DNA of 64,000 nucleotides. Source: an uncultured Nitrospiraceae bacterium (GTDB lineage Bacteria; Nitrospirota; Thermodesulfovibrionia; Thermodesulfovibrionales; Dissulfurispiraceae). The stretch covers positions 992,001 to 1,056,000 of the forward strand of contig CAVSHF010000005.1 of the NCBI GenBank assembly GCA_963727805.1, in the 5' to 3' direction. The notes beneath the pieces are model-generated. The model saw nothing but the letters and a program-made list of their open reading frames with translations, made no database searches and had not been told where the DNA came from. How positions within the stretch are numbered: the first letter of the stretch is position 1; every line of letters starts with the position of its first letter. Positions 10,857-21,321 of the stretch are shown one piece after another. The translations under genes and the position numbers were made by a program.

Positions 10857-11755
10857 TGCCCGCATCCCTCTTTTATTGATTCCTCCATCTTTAAAACCTC
10901 GTTCAGGGCCGCAATAGCCACTTCGATCTGTGAATCATCGGGCTCTTTGGCGGTCATCCTCTGCAGAAGGAGACCGGGAAGGATAATGACCCCCATCGCT
11001 GGATGGTCTTTTAGTCGTGCCGTAAGCTTCAGAACCTCAAATGAAACTCCCGCAAGGACTGGAAGCAGAAATATCCTGGCAATAAGTTTCTGCAGAAAAC
11101 CCCAGTCCTGGGGTATGAACATGAAAGTGATGATGCTAATAATCATAACTATTAACAGAAAGCTCGTGCCACAGCGAGGATGGTATGGTTTATATTTGCG
11201 CGCATTTTCGACCGTGCATTCCTCTCCCGCCTCAAAGGCATAGATGACCTTATGCTCAGCACCATGGTATTCAAATATCCTTTTCATCTCCTTCCAAAAA
11301 CCGATTGCATAAACATATAAGAGGAAAATGCAGACTCTGGTTATGCCGTCAACCGCATTGAAGAGAAGGGAACTCTTTGCAACTTCTTCATAAACATTCC
11401 CGATAAGGGTCGCAACGAGCAGGGGAAGGAATTTGAAAAGTGCAATGGCCACGACAAGTGCTGCGCCGATGGACAAGCCAATACTCCAGGTGCTGAGAGG
11501 TTTTTCGCTTATATCGTCTCCCTCCCGATAAGCGACACTGCCTGAAAATTCTATCGCTTTAATGCCTATTATAAGTGCTTGCAGCAGCGCCACCGCCCCC
11601 CTGACAAAGGGAAGTTTGAAGAGCGGATACGTTTTCTTCGTCCTGACGGTCTTGAAGTTGATCTCCCCCTTAGGGTCGCGCACCGCAACGCTCCATCCCG
11701 AGGTGGACTTCATCATCACCCCTTCGATAACCGCCTGACCACCTACTGTTTTCAT
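10850..11755 (-). CDS. DUF1385 (YqhQ-like) membrane protein
   Basis: '[11 protein letters not shown]', 'YHGAEHK', 'HPRCGTSF'; usual rpmE-prfA context. Confidence 0.88.
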   Translation of the reverse strand: MKTVGGQAVIEGVMMKSTSGWSVAVRDPKGEINFKTVRTKKTYPLFKLPFVRGAVALLQALIIGIKAIEFSGSVAYREGDDISEKPLSTWSIGLSIGAALVVAIALFKFLPLLVATLIGNVYEEVAKSSLLFNAVDGITRVCIFLLYVYAIGFWKEMKRIFEYHGAEHKVIYAFEAGEECTVENARKYKPYHPRCGTSFLLIVMIISIITFMFIPQDWGFLQKLIARIFLLPVLAGVSFEVLKLTARLKDHPAMGVIILPGLLLQRMTAKEPDDSQIEVAIAALNEVLKMEESIKEGCGQC

Positions 11756-11802
11756 TATCTATTTTATCCTTTTAATCTATGGGGTCTTTTTACCAATAAA
11801 AA

Positions 11803-11839
11803 AGGGTTAGAATTTAGAGGTTCTCTAATCCCTAACCCT
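11803..11839 (-). terminator. Putative intrinsic terminator/hairpin after rpmE
   Basis: AGGGTTAG...CTAACCCT stem followed by T-run on minus strand. Confidence 0.55.
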
Positions 11840-11856
11840 GAAACTTATTTACTCAG

Positions 11857-12057
11857 CTACTTTTTCGCGTATTTCTTCTTGAACTTCTCTACCCTGCCCT
11901 CAGCGTCGAGGATCTTCTCGCGGCCGGTGAAGAAGGGATGGCATTTCGAGCAGATGTCTACCTTGATTGCATTCATGGTCGAGCGAGTCACGAAAGCCTC
12001 TCCACATGCGCAGGACACCTTGCTCTCTTTATAATTGGGATGTATCTTCTCTTTCAA
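11857..12057 (-). CDS. rpmE: 50S ribosomal protein L31 (Zn-binding type)
   Basis: 'IHPNY', CACG...[13 protein letters not shown] start with GGAGG RBS. Confidence 0.96.
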   Translation of the reverse strand: MKEKIHPNYKESKVSCACGEAFVTRSTMNAIKVDICSKCHPFFTGREKILDAEGRVEKFKKKYAKK

Positions 12058-12117
12058 TGTAGTGCCTCCTCACGGTGAATTTTGAATTATTATTATACTT
12101 AATAAGCAGCAAACTTA

Positions 12118-12753
12118 TCAAGATTTGGTATGATCACCGGCGCCTAACCCTTTTCCCGGATCGAGCATTCTTATTTCCAGCACTTTTGCAACTACGATAC
12201 CGACAATCGCACCAGCCATCACATCGGCAGGAAAATGAGAGGTCCCGTCGATCCTGGCGAGGCCTTCAACCGCAGCAAAAAAATAAAATAGAATCCAATA
12301 ACTCGGATAGTAGCGCGAGAGAATAGCCGCCAGACAGAAGGCCATGGCACTATGCCCTGAAGGGAAAGAGTCATATCCGCCCATCAATGAAGGTCCGATT
12401 ATGACCAGGCTGTCGGATACTCTGGGTCTGGCCCTGCCGATAATGTGCTTGAATATCTGGACGCTTAGACCCGAAACGATCAGGCCGACAAGAATGGACT
12501 TCCCTGCTTTGTAAAATCTCCGATTGACATATCTGCCGAACAGACAAAACAGAAATGCACCCGCGATCATAGTCGTTCCGTGAGCCGCATAATACATTAC
12601 GCGGTCGACCGCTCTCAGTATGCGGTCGAAATCAGGGTGGGCATCGTGAAAAAATCTCACCCATGTGAGCACTTGCTCGTCACAATAAAATAGAACAAAA
12701 GGCGTTAATATAGCGATAGAAATAAGTATCTTATTCTCTTTCAAGGAGCACAT
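12118..12753 (-). CDS. PAP2 family lipid phosphatase
   Basis: KxxxGRxRP, SFPSGH, RxxxxxHxxxD motifs. Confidence 0.88.
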   Translation of the reverse strand: MCSLKENKILISIAILTPFVLFYCDEQVLTWVRFFHDAHPDFDRILRAVDRVMYYAAHGTTMIAGAFLFCLFGRYVNRRFYKAGKSILVGLIVSGLSVQIFKHIIGRARPRVSDSLVIIGPSLMGGYDSFPSGHSAMAFCLAAILSRYYPSYWILFYFFAAVEGLARIDGTSHFPADVMAGAIVGIVVAKVLEIRMLDPGKGLGAGDHTKS

Positions 12754-14296
12754 ATTCCTTATCCGTATCGCAAACGATCAGGCCGAACTGCTTCAACCGT
12801 TCGGCATCTTTTGCTTTGGCAATGACTATTCGTCCCTTGCCTTCTGCGATGAGTTTCTGAAGTGTGTCGATTCCACCGGCCATGGCAACTTTATGCCCCG
12901 AATAGAAGACTATGCTAGGCTTATTGAGGCCATATGCGATAATACGCTCATCATCGTGTGCTTTTACTTTTCCATACATGCTGTATTTGTACAGGGCGCC
13001 CTGAAGATAGTCGCTCGCCATGGGCAGCACCGTTACCACCAGAGTCATCAGAAAGATGAACATAACTGTGGACATCACTCCGTACAGAGGCCGCGCCGTA
13101 AAGACGACATAGAAACACAAGGCAGCCATCGCCAGCACAATAACAGCAACAATCGACATCCAGCCTGTCGCAGTAATCCCCTTTTGTGAAAGATAGGGTG
13201 GTAAAAAAACAAAGGCCAATCCTGCAGCGGCCGTAACCATCCCAATGAAGCCCCAGGCCGAACGCTTCCACCGCATGCCGTCTTCTGTCATGCCTGAGGC
13301 AATGAGTATCGCTGCAGCTGGGACCGCGGAGAGAATATAGTCGGGGAGCTTGGTCGTTGCAAAAGAAAAGAAGAATACGATAAAGGCTAGCCATATACCA
13401 GAAAAAAGAAGCAGCGAGTCTCTGTCTTTGAATAGCTTACTGATGCCAGCGGGTAGGAATGCAACCCATGGGAAAAGGCCCACAATAAGAGCTGCGAAAT
13501 AATAATAGAAAGGACCTTTATGCCCAGATATGACCTCGGTATATCTCTTGAAATGATGTTTTAAGAAAAACTGCTCGACAAATTCGTTACCCTGAATATC
13601 ATACTCGGCTGCGTACCACGGCACGCCGATTACCAGGAAGAGAACAGCCGCCTTGAAATGAAGCATCTTCCTGACTCCGCCGATACCCTCTGTCACGAGA
13701 AGGAAAATGAGCGCTATGGCAGCCGGGAAGATGATCCCGATAAGCCCCTTGGTAAGAAACGCCAATGCCGAAAATGAGTAGAAGCCATAAATAAAGCGTC
13801 TGTCATGCTTAAGTGAAAGATAAAAGCAGAATAATGACAGCGTAATAAAGAGTGTCAAAACCATGTCGGTAACCGCAGAACGGGAATAGATAAAGTAATA
13901 TGTGCTCAGCACCATCGACAGCACAGCATATATGGCTTTCGACACGCCTAAAAAATGCCTGACGAAAAAGAAGAGGGCCGCAGCCAGCAGGCATCCGGCA
14001 AATGCCGACGGAAACCTCGCGCCGAATTCATTGATACCGAAGGCCTTGTATGAAAGGGCCATCATCCAATAAAAGAATATTGGCTTGTCATACCGGACAT
14101 CACCGTTATAGGTCGTGGTTATATAGTCTCCGCTCTGGACCATCTCTTTCGTCGCCTCGGCAAATACAGCCTCGTCGACATCGAACAGCAGTACGGATCC
14201 CAGCCGGAACAGCGATACGAAGAGCACAATGGCAAAGACGAGCAGGATCAAACAGGATTTATTCATGCATGATGATACATGTTCCTTCAAAAGCAT
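12731..14296 (-). CDS. ArnT-like GT39/GT83 membrane glycosyltransferase
   Basis: 'DVDEAVFAEATKEM', 'DKPIFFYW', 'ARFPSA', 'LTKGLIG'; start may be 14266. Confidence 0.85.
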   Translation of the reverse strand: MLLKEHVSSCMNKSCLILLVFAIVLFVSLFRLGSVLLFDVDEAVFAEATKEMVQSGDYITTTYNGDVRYDKPIFFYWMMALSYKAFGINEFGARFPSAFAGCLLAAALFFFVRHFLGVSKAIYAVLSMVLSTYYFIYSRSAVTDMVLTLFITLSLFCFYLSLKHDRRFIYGFYSFSALAFLTKGLIGIIFPAAIALIFLLVTEGIGGVRKMLHFKAAVLFLVIGVPWYAAEYDIQGNEFVEQFFLKHHFKRYTEVISGHKGPFYYYFAALIVGLFPWVAFLPAGISKLFKDRDSLLLFSGIWLAFIVFFFSFATTKLPDYILSAVPAAAILIASGMTEDGMRWKRSAWGFIGMVTAAAGLAFVFLPPYLSQKGITATGWMSIVAVIVLAMAALCFYVVFTARPLYGVMSTVMFIFLMTLVVTVLPMASDYLQGALYKYSMYGKVKAHDDERIIAYGLNKPSIVFYSGHKVAMAGGIDTLQKLIAEGKGRIVIAKAKDAERLKQFGLIVCDTDKEYVLLERE

Positions 14297-14350
14297 GACT
14301 TTTATTATAATTGTTCCGGTGGAGAAAAGTAAGCAAAAGACAAAACAAAA

Positions 14351-14382
14351 AAAACCGGCAGGAGAAAACCCCTGCCGGTTTT
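14351..14382 (-). terminator. Intrinsic terminator downstream of hppA
   Basis: AAAACCGGCAGG / CCTGCCGGTTTT perfect stem with long T-run on minus strand. Confidence 0.85.
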
Positions 14383-14396
14383 GCGATACTTAAAAA

Positions 14397-16475
14397 CTAT
14401 CTACCATACTTGATCAAGATCGGAGCAATCAGCAGAGCTACGATGTTGATAACCTTGATCATCGGGTTGATAGCCGGGCCTGCGGTGTCCTTGTAAGGAT
14501 CTCCGACGGTGTCACCCGTAACAGCAGCTTTATGTCCATCACTGCCTTTCTTATGCAGAACACCCTTGTCATCGGTGACGCCATCTTCAAAGGCTTTCTT
14601 GCCGTTGTCCCACGCGCCGCCGCCACTTGTCATGGCGATGGCCTGGAAGAGACCAGTAAGGATACAGCCGATGAGCATGCCGCCGAGTGCTTCCTTGCCA
14701 AGGATAAAGCCGACAAGGATCGGTGCTATAACCGGAATCAGCGCAGGCAACATCATCTCCTTGATGGCAGACTTGGTTACGATATCAACGCACTTTCCGT
14801 ATTCCGGCTTTCCGGTGCCTTCCATAATGCCCGGGATCTCGCGGAACTGTCTGCGAACCTCGACAACAACGCCGCCAGCAGCCCTACCGACCGCCAGCAT
14901 GAGCAGGCCGCCGTAATAGTACGGGATAAGGCCGCCGAGGAAGAGACCGGCGATGATCATCGGGTTCGACAGGTCGAACATGATAGCGCCCGGGAACGAA
15001 CGTGAATACTCGGCAAACAGAACGAGTGCTGCAAGTGCCGCAGAGCCGATAGCATAGCCCTTCGTAACAGCCTTGGTGGTGTTGCCGACTGCGTCGAGAG
15101 GGTCGGTGATTGCACGAACGCTCTCCGGGAGGTGTGCCATTTCAGCAATACCGCCGGCGTTGTCCGTGATCGGACCATAAGAGTCAATCGCAACAACAAT
15201 ACCTGTCATCGAGAGCATCGAGACAGCTGAGAGTGCTATAGCAAAAAGACCGACTCCCGGGTTACCGTCAAAACCGTGGCCTAGGTAGTAGGCCCCAAGA
15301 ATAGATGCAACGATCGTAAGGGCAGGAAGCGCAGTCGCTTCCATACTCATAGCGAGACCGGCGATAACATTCGTGCCGTGGCCGGTAAGAGATGCCTTAG
15401 CAATAATCTGTACTGGACGGTAGTCCTTCGCGGTGTAGTACTCAGTGATCCAGACTATGAGACCGGTGAGAACCAGACCGATAACTGCAGTAAAAAATAC
15501 CCTGCTAACGCTCATTACCTGTTCCCCCACCGGGATGAGAGTGAAGAACCATGTTGTTGCGAAATAGAATACGACAGCTGCCAGGACACCAGCAACCGCC
15601 AATCCCTTGTAGAGCGCGCCCATGATGTACTCGCTGTTCTTACCCATTCTGACGGCGTACGTTCCGATAATCGAGGCGATAATTGAGATACCGCCGAGCA
15701 TCATCGGAAACTCAACCCAGAGACTTCCTGCGCCAAAGACGGTCTTTGCGAGCAGCATTGCTGCAACGAGTGTAACGGTATAGGTTTCATACAAGTCAGC
15801 TGCCATACCGGCGCAGTCACCGACGTTGTCACCGACGTTGTCAGCGATAACAGCAGGGTTGCGCGGATCGTCTTCGGGAATGCCTGCTTCGACCTTACCG
15901 ACTAGGTCGGCGCCGACGTCAGCAGCCTTGGTATAAATGCCGCCGGCGATACGGGCAAAGACGCTCATGAGAGAGCAGCCGAAGCCAAGGCCGATCAGTG
16001 CATGGAACGCTGTGTCAACGTCAACTGCCCCTTTGGCAACCGTATAGAAGATGGCGAGGCCGAGCAGGGCGAGGCCAACGACCATAACGCCGGTAACAGA
16101 ACCGCCCTTGAATGCAACCGAAAGGGCTGGCCCAAGTCCTTTCTTGGCAGCTTCCGCGGTGCGTACGTTCGACATAACGCAAACTACCATGCCGAAGTAT
16201 CCTGCGAACGCGGAGCCGGCAGTACCAATAATGAATCCAAGTGCTGTCCACATGCCAAGTGAAACAAAGAGAAGAACAAACATTACGACAGCAACCATTG
16301 CAACGGTCTTGTACTCTCTGGCAAGAAACGCTTGTGCGCCTTCCTTGACTGCATCGGAGATCTCGATCATTTTCTGAGATCCGGTCGGCTGACTACGTAC
16401 CCATGATTTGGTAACAAATGAATAAACAATTCCTAATGCACCGCAAATAAGGGCAAAAATAACTATTGGTGACAT
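14397..16475 (-). CDS. hppA: Membrane-integral pyrophosphatase, K+-independent H+-pumping type
   Basis: '[11 protein letters not shown]', 'DNVGDNVGD', 'DNAGGIAEM'; '[10 protein letters not shown]' has Lys at the K+-dependence position. Confidence 0.95.
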   Translation of the reverse strand: MSPIVIFALICGALGIVYSFVTKSWVRSQPTGSQKMIEISDAVKEGAQAFLAREYKTVAMVAVVMFVLLFVSLGMWTALGFIIGTAGSAFAGYFGMVVCVMSNVRTAEAAKKGLGPALSVAFKGGSVTGVMVVGLALLGLAIFYTVAKGAVDVDTAFHALIGLGFGCSLMSVFARIAGGIYTKAADVGADLVGKVEAGIPEDDPRNPAVIADNVGDNVGDCAGMAADLYETYTVTLVAAMLLAKTVFGAGSLWVEFPMMLGGISIIASIIGTYAVRMGKNSEYIMGALYKGLAVAGVLAAVVFYFATTWFFTLIPVGEQVMSVSRVFFTAVIGLVLTGLIVWITEYYTAKDYRPVQIIAKASLTGHGTNVIAGLAMSMEATALPALTIVASILGAYYLGHGFDGNPGVGLFAIALSAVSMLSMTGIVVAIDSYGPITDNAGGIAEMAHLPESVRAITDPLDAVGNTTKAVTKGYAIGSAALAALVLFAEYSRSFPGAIMFDLSNPMIIAGLFLGGLIPYYYGGLLMLAVGRAAGGVVVEVRRQFREIPGIMEGTGKPEYGKCVDIVTKSAIKEMMLPALIPVIAPILVGFILGKEALGGMLIGCILTGLFQAIAMTSGGGAWDNGKKAFEDGVTDDKGVLHKKGSDGHKAAVTGDTVGDPYKDTAGPAINPMIKVINIVALLIAPILIKYGR

Positions 16476-16637
16476 CCCTTTTTTATCCTCCTTATGATTT
16501 TGTTACTTCTTGTGATCCTGCTACTAAGACAGTTGCAATACTGATTTACCTGTCCCCCCCTTCACCTCCTTCAATATACTTTCGCTCACCCGAAGAGCGA
16601 GCCATTTATAAGTAAACTTCTAAAACTCGCTAATTTA

Positions 16638-17762
16638 TCATTCCCTGCCGGCATGGCGCGCAAAAACCATCGCCATAGTCCTGTAAACCATATGTGCCAT
16701 CTTCGAAAAGGGTGCATAAGCAAAAAGAACGAAGATAAACACCAAATGAGCGAAATACATTATATAGGCAAATACCGCTGCATTTGCAAGTCTGACGACC
16801 TCGGCAAGTATTCCTGTCACGCACACGCCAGAAATAACAGCGATCAAAAACCAATCGAAATAGCTTCCAATCCCGGACTTTGCCTGGTTTTTCATTCGGT
16901 TGGTGATCATATACGTGATGCCCACGAGTAGGCCTATGGCGCTCGAATTACCGATAATCTTAAGGATGTTGGTCTGTGGATACGGCATCTCCCACTTGAG
17001 TCCGTAAACATAGAAAACACCAAGAGAGGTTGTGATCGCCAACCCTATAAAGGAATAGAAAACGAGCAGGTGAGAAACTTTCCTTTCCTTTGAGACACCG
17101 CAGAGGCTGAACTTCTTGTGAGTAAAGATATCGATGAGCGTATCTTTTATGCTCGCAAACAGATCTCCTCCAGCAACTCCGCCCATACCCGCTGCCATTG
17201 CCGACCAATACCTGGTAATGCCCAGGACAAAGACTAGAGCTGCGAAGGCTGCGGTCGGTACCATAACGATGTCGACATAGATGTCTGGGATGAACTCAGG
17301 AAAAGCGATCTTACCGTCAGAATTCAACTCTATCGCACTCAGGTCCAGATGCCCAATGGCACCGAGTATCCCGAGGAAGATCACTATCGGGATTGCAAAG
17401 AGCAGAAGCATATACTTAGGGTCCGCTGTCAATTCAGCCAAGAAACGAGGCGCCGAATATTCCTTAATGGCCACCTTCCTTACAGCGCCGAGAACCTCGC
17501 CCGGCTTCGCCCCCCTCGGACAGTAGGCAGTGCAATCGCTGCACTGATGACATAGCCATATGTCAGGGTTGGTCATTAGCTGGTCCTTCATCCCCCACTG
17601 GGCATGCAGCATCTCCTTCCGGGGGAAAGGCTTCTTATCCTGGGTGACTTCGCAAACGACGGTGCAGGTTGAGCACTGATAACACTTCTTCAGCGAATCA
17701 GCGCCGGCCGCAATAACTTCTTTGACAAAATTCAGATCGGGACTTACTATCTGTTCAGCCAT
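16638..17762 (-). CDS. qmoC: Quinone-interacting membrane oxidoreductase subunit C
   Basis: Two ferredoxin motifs (CYQCSTC, CHQCSDC..YCP) followed by His-containing TM domain; follows qmoAB. Confidence 0.92.
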   Translation of the reverse strand: MAEQIVSPDLNFVKEVIAAGADSLKKCYQCSTCTVVCEVTQDKKPFPRKEMLHAQWGMKDQLMTNPDIWLCHQCSDCTAYCPRGAKPGEVLGAVRKVAIKEYSAPRFLAELTADPKYMLLLFAIPIVIFLGILGAIGHLDLSAIELNSDGKIAFPEFIPDIYVDIVMVPTAAFAALVFVLGITRYWSAMAAGMGGVAGGDLFASIKDTLIDIFTHKKFSLCGVSKERKVSHLLVFYSFIGLAITTSLGVFYVYGLKWEMPYPQTNILKIIGNSSAIGLLVGITYMITNRMKNQAKSGIGSYFDWFLIAVISGVCVTGILAEVVRLANAAVFAYIMYFAHLVFIFVLFAYAPFSKMAHMVYRTMAMVFARHAGRE

Positions 17763-17786
17763 GTATCTATCCCTCCTAAAGAAACC

Positions 17787-19922
17787 TTATTTGAATGGAT
17801 TAGGTCCGATTACCTTGACCTTATCCACGAAGTCAGTAATTATCTGTGGCAAATTGCCGTATTCATCTATGGCTATCTGTACCAGTGCTACCCTGTCGGC
17901 TTCGAGTTGTAACTTGTCCAGGGTCTCACGGACTTTGCCAAAACGATAGTTCGCAAGTTCGCTGCCCTTTGCCATGTGGCACTGATAATTCTCACCATAC
18001 TTACATCCCAGCACGAGCATGCCGTCGATGCCTCGAGAGAAAGCATCAGCGATCCAGACCAGGTTCATAGAACCGAGGCACCTGAGCTGGATAAAACGTA
18101 CGGCAGTATCTATCTTCTGGTGCTGAAGTGCCGCTGTATCGAGCGCTGGATAGGCATCGTTTTCGCAGCACATAACAATGATCCTCGGTTGCTCTTCGTC
18201 ACGGGGAATAGAGACGGACTTCAGCATCGCCCCGATCATATCTACATGGAAGTCCTTGAAGGAAACTATCCTTTCAGGACAGGCCCCCATGCAGGTGCCG
18301 CATCTCCGGCAGCGACCGATCTTATAAAATGGAGTGCCTTTCTCATCCTCGTCGATGGCTCCAAAGGGGCATTCCTCAGTACAGCGCTTGCAAGACGTAC
18401 ATTTCGTCATAAATGGGTCGGGATATGTGAGGTCCCACGCCCTTGGATGGACTGCCATACCGACAGCCACATGTTCATTGGACTGTATCGCTTTGAGAGC
18501 AGCGCCAGATGCATCTTCCTGTGCCTCAGCCATATTCATGGGCTGCCGTACCGCACCAGCAGCATACACGCCGGTCCTGCGCGTCTCATACTGGAAGCAG
18601 ATAAAGTTTGAATCGGCAAAGCCGTTGAAGAGATCAAGATCGGGAAGGCCCGGCCCCTGCCGGTAACCGAGATTCAAAACAGGGTCCTCGAGAGTGGCAG
18701 GTACCATGCCTGTTGCCAGCACCACGAGGTCAGCCTCTACGGTAACATCGCCCAAGAGGGATTCCTGCATCTCGATGTAGACATTGTCATAGGCAGCTTC
18801 GGTCATCCCTTTCACTTCGCACTTGGTGAGCATGATACCGGGATCGTTCTGGGCTTCCTTGTAGTAGTATTCAAGCCTTCCGGGTGTCCGGATGTCTTTA
18901 TAAAGGATCATCGCAACAGCATCATCATCCTGGCGCACATACTTGGCTTGTTTGAGAGAGGTTGCGCAGCACATCGCAGAACAATACGGAAGGTGATTCG
19001 GGTCTCTCTGCCCGGCGCACTGAATAAAGGCGACCTTTTTTGCAGGCCTGTTGTCCGAGGGTCTCAGAATCTTACCCTTCTTAGCGATCTCTTCGAATTG
19101 GATGTTCGTAACGACATTCTTGAGCTTGCCATATCCCAAATGTCCGAGCTTTTTTGCATCATAGGGTTTCCATCCGGCAGCTAGGATGATCGATCCGATT
19201 TTGATCGTCTCTGTTTTATCGCCGGTGGAGATTGTCACATCGAAAGCGCCCGGCATACCGTCGCTCTTTTCGACCTTTGAAGATTTATAGACCTTGATAT
19301 TGGGATTGGTCTCGACCTCTTTGATCATCTCGTCGATATTTGTATCGACAATGAGGGGTTCCTTATAGTAGTCGGAGGTCGGGATCTTTTTATAGAGCTT
19401 GTTGGCGAAACCGCCGAGATTGGCCTCTTTTTCGACAAGAGAAACCTGGTATCCCATACTGGCAGCATCCAAAGCAGCCTTCATTCCAGAGACGCCGCCG
19501 CCGATAACAAGTATCGTCTTTACAGTCTCCATTTTGTACGGCTCGGGGAGATCTCCTTTTTGGGTCTTTATGTAACTCATCTTTATGTAATCTTCAGCAG
19601 CCGATTGCGCCTCGGGTGAACCCGCTTCCTGGGTCCAAACGGCCAGTTCGCGAATCGGAACTCGCTCGACGATGCAGCCCGGAAAATCGAACTCCTCGAA
19701 TTTCACGCGAGGCGAGCAGGCAGCCAGCACCAGAGTATTGACTCCCTCGGCTGCGATATCGTTCTTTATCAGCTCGATGCCCTCATTTCCGCAAAGAGCG
19801 AAGTGGCTTTTGATGACCGGGATCTTGAGGGAATTTTTCGCGATAGTGGTCATCTTCTCGACATTTACGGATTCTCCGATCGAGCAACCTGTGCATATAT
19901 AAAGTGCGTATTTCTTATCCAT
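17787..19922 (-). CDS. qmoB: QmoB (HdrA-like FAD/Fe-S protein with MvhD-like C-terminus)
   Basis: 'ACSPR', GxGxxG, 'QCAGQRD..HLPYCSAMCC', two ferredoxin motifs, 'RCLGS...GCKYG..YQCH'. Confidence 0.93.
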   Translation of the reverse strand: MDKKYALYICTGCSIGESVNVEKMTTIAKNSLKIPVIKSHFALCGNEGIELIKNDIAAEGVNTLVLAACSPRVKFEEFDFPGCIVERVPIRELAVWTQEAGSPEAQSAAEDYIKMSYIKTQKGDLPEPYKMETVKTILVIGGGVSGMKAALDAASMGYQVSLVEKEANLGGFANKLYKKIPTSDYYKEPLIVDTNIDEMIKEVETNPNIKVYKSSKVEKSDGMPGAFDVTISTGDKTETIKIGSIILAAGWKPYDAKKLGHLGYGKLKNVVTNIQFEEIAKKGKILRPSDNRPAKKVAFIQCAGQRDPNHLPYCSAMCCATSLKQAKYVRQDDDAVAMILYKDIRTPGRLEYYYKEAQNDPGIMLTKCEVKGMTEAAYDNVYIEMQESLLGDVTVEADLVVLATGMVPATLEDPVLNLGYRQGPGLPDLDLFNGFADSNFICFQYETRRTGVYAAGAVRQPMNMAEAQEDASGAALKAIQSNEHVAVGMAVHPRAWDLTYPDPFMTKCTSCKRCTEECPFGAIDEDEKGTPFYKIGRCRRCGTCMGACPERIVSFKDFHVDMIGAMLKSVSIPRDEEQPRIIVMCCENDAYPALDTAALQHQKIDTAVRFIQLRCLGSMNLVWIADAFSRGIDGMLVLGCKYGENYQCHMAKGSELANYRFGKVRETLDKLQLEADRVALVQIAIDEYGNLPQIITDFVDKVKVIGPNPFK

Positions 19923-19928
19923 CTCGAA

Positions 19929-21176
19929 TTACCTCCCCTTCCCGGTCTGCAGGGCCTTCATGACTGCCCCTGTGGCATCCTGCGCCGACTTGGCCACGTC
20001 GAGGGGATTCTTTGCGCATCCTGCAGCAAACATTCCCGCGCCCACGAGAGCAAAGCCTTCATCGGTATAAGAGGCCCCCTGAATTTTCGATGCTGGTTCC
20101 ATTCCGGTGGCGAGGACAACCATGTCTGCCTTTGTCCGGATCTTTTCGCCGGTAAGCATATCTTCGGCCTCAACGATAACATCGTCTGAGCCCGGATCTT
20201 GCTCAATCTTTGCAACTTTTCCTTTTATGAAGGTAACATTGGGATCGTCTTTAACTTGCACGTAAAACTTCTCGTACCTGCCGGGCGTCCTTATATCAAT
20301 ATAAAAAATGCTCGCTTTTGATTCAGGATTCTGCTCCCTCAGATAAAGAGTCTGCTTTAGTGATGCCATACAGCAAATATATGAGCAGAAGGCCAGGTGG
20401 TTCTCGTCCCTGCTTCCGGCGCACTGGACAAAAACTATCGACTGCACAGGCTTCCCGTCAGAAGGCCTTACTATTTTACCGCTAGTCGGCCCTCCAGGAG
20501 ATGCTAGACGTTCCATCATCATGTTGGTGATCACATTTTTTACCTTGCCAAAATTGAGGTTGTCTATCTTGGCGGCATCGTACGGCTTCCATCCGGTTGC
20601 AACAATTACAGCATCCACCTTGAGGTTGATCGTCTCAGCCTTCATGGTTAAATCGATAGCGTTGTATTTACATGCATCCTGACAAGCCTTTCCACAATCT
20701 CCGGAGCAGTGCTTGTCATCTATAACATATTTCTGGGGGAATGCCTGATTATACGGAAGATAAGCAGCCTTGATCCTGTCCATTCCGAAATTGAATTCAT
20801 TCACTCTTTCCGCTGGACATGCTTCAGCGCAGGCATTGCAGGCCGTGCAATTATCGTTCACATACCGCGGATCGACCTTAACCGTTACGTCATAGTTGCC
20901 GGGGCCTCCTTTCAACTCCTGCACTTCGGCCATGGTGTAGAAAGTTATGTTTGCGTTCTCTCTGATCCTTCGAAAATTTATCTCAAGACCGCAGGCTGGC
21001 GGGCACAGCTTGGGAAAATATTTATTGAGCTGCGCAACCCTACCGCCGAGATAGGGGTTCTTTTCGACGATGGTCACCTGGGCCCCTGTTTCCGCAGCCT
21101 CGACCGCAGCCGTCAAACCGCTGAATCCGCCGCCAATCACTAATATACGATTGGCTTTTTCACTCGACTCCGACAT
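19929..21176 (-). CDS. qmoA: QmoA (HdrA-like FAD protein)
   Basis: 'IGGGFSG', 'KYFPKLCPPACGLEIN', 'QCAGSRDENHLAFCSYICC'. Confidence 0.93.
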   Translation of the reverse strand: MSESSEKANRILVIGGGFSGLTAAVEAAETGAQVTIVEKNPYLGGRVAQLNKYFPKLCPPACGLEINFRRIRENANITFYTMAEVQELKGGPGNYDVTVKVDPRYVNDNCTACNACAEACPAERVNEFNFGMDRIKAAYLPYNQAFPQKYVIDDKHCSGDCGKACQDACKYNAIDLTMKAETINLKVDAVIVATGWKPYDAAKIDNLNFGKVKNVITNMMMERLASPGGPTSGKIVRPSDGKPVQSIVFVQCAGSRDENHLAFCSYICCMASLKQTLYLREQNPESKASIFYIDIRTPGRYEKFYVQVKDDPNVTFIKGKVAKIEQDPGSDDVIVEAEDMLTGEKIRTKADMVVLATGMEPASKIQGASYTDEGFALVGAGMFAAGCAKNPLDVAKSAQDATGAVMKALQTGKGR

Positions 21177-21288
21177 GCCGTTCCTCCTTTAACAATGGTT
21201 ATTAAGACGATTAATTCTCACAGCATGAAACACTTCCGCAAGGGATTGCGTGGCATTCCCTGCTTTGAGAACTAATTAGGGAAAAATA

Positions 21289-21310
21289 GGAGGGGCTTTT
21301 CAGCCCCTCC
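21289..21310 (-). terminator. Intrinsic terminator after aprA
   Basis: GGAGGGGCT-GAAA-AGCCCCTCC followed by TATTTTT on minus strand. Confidence 0.8.
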
Positions 21311-21321
21311 CCGGAAGTCAA

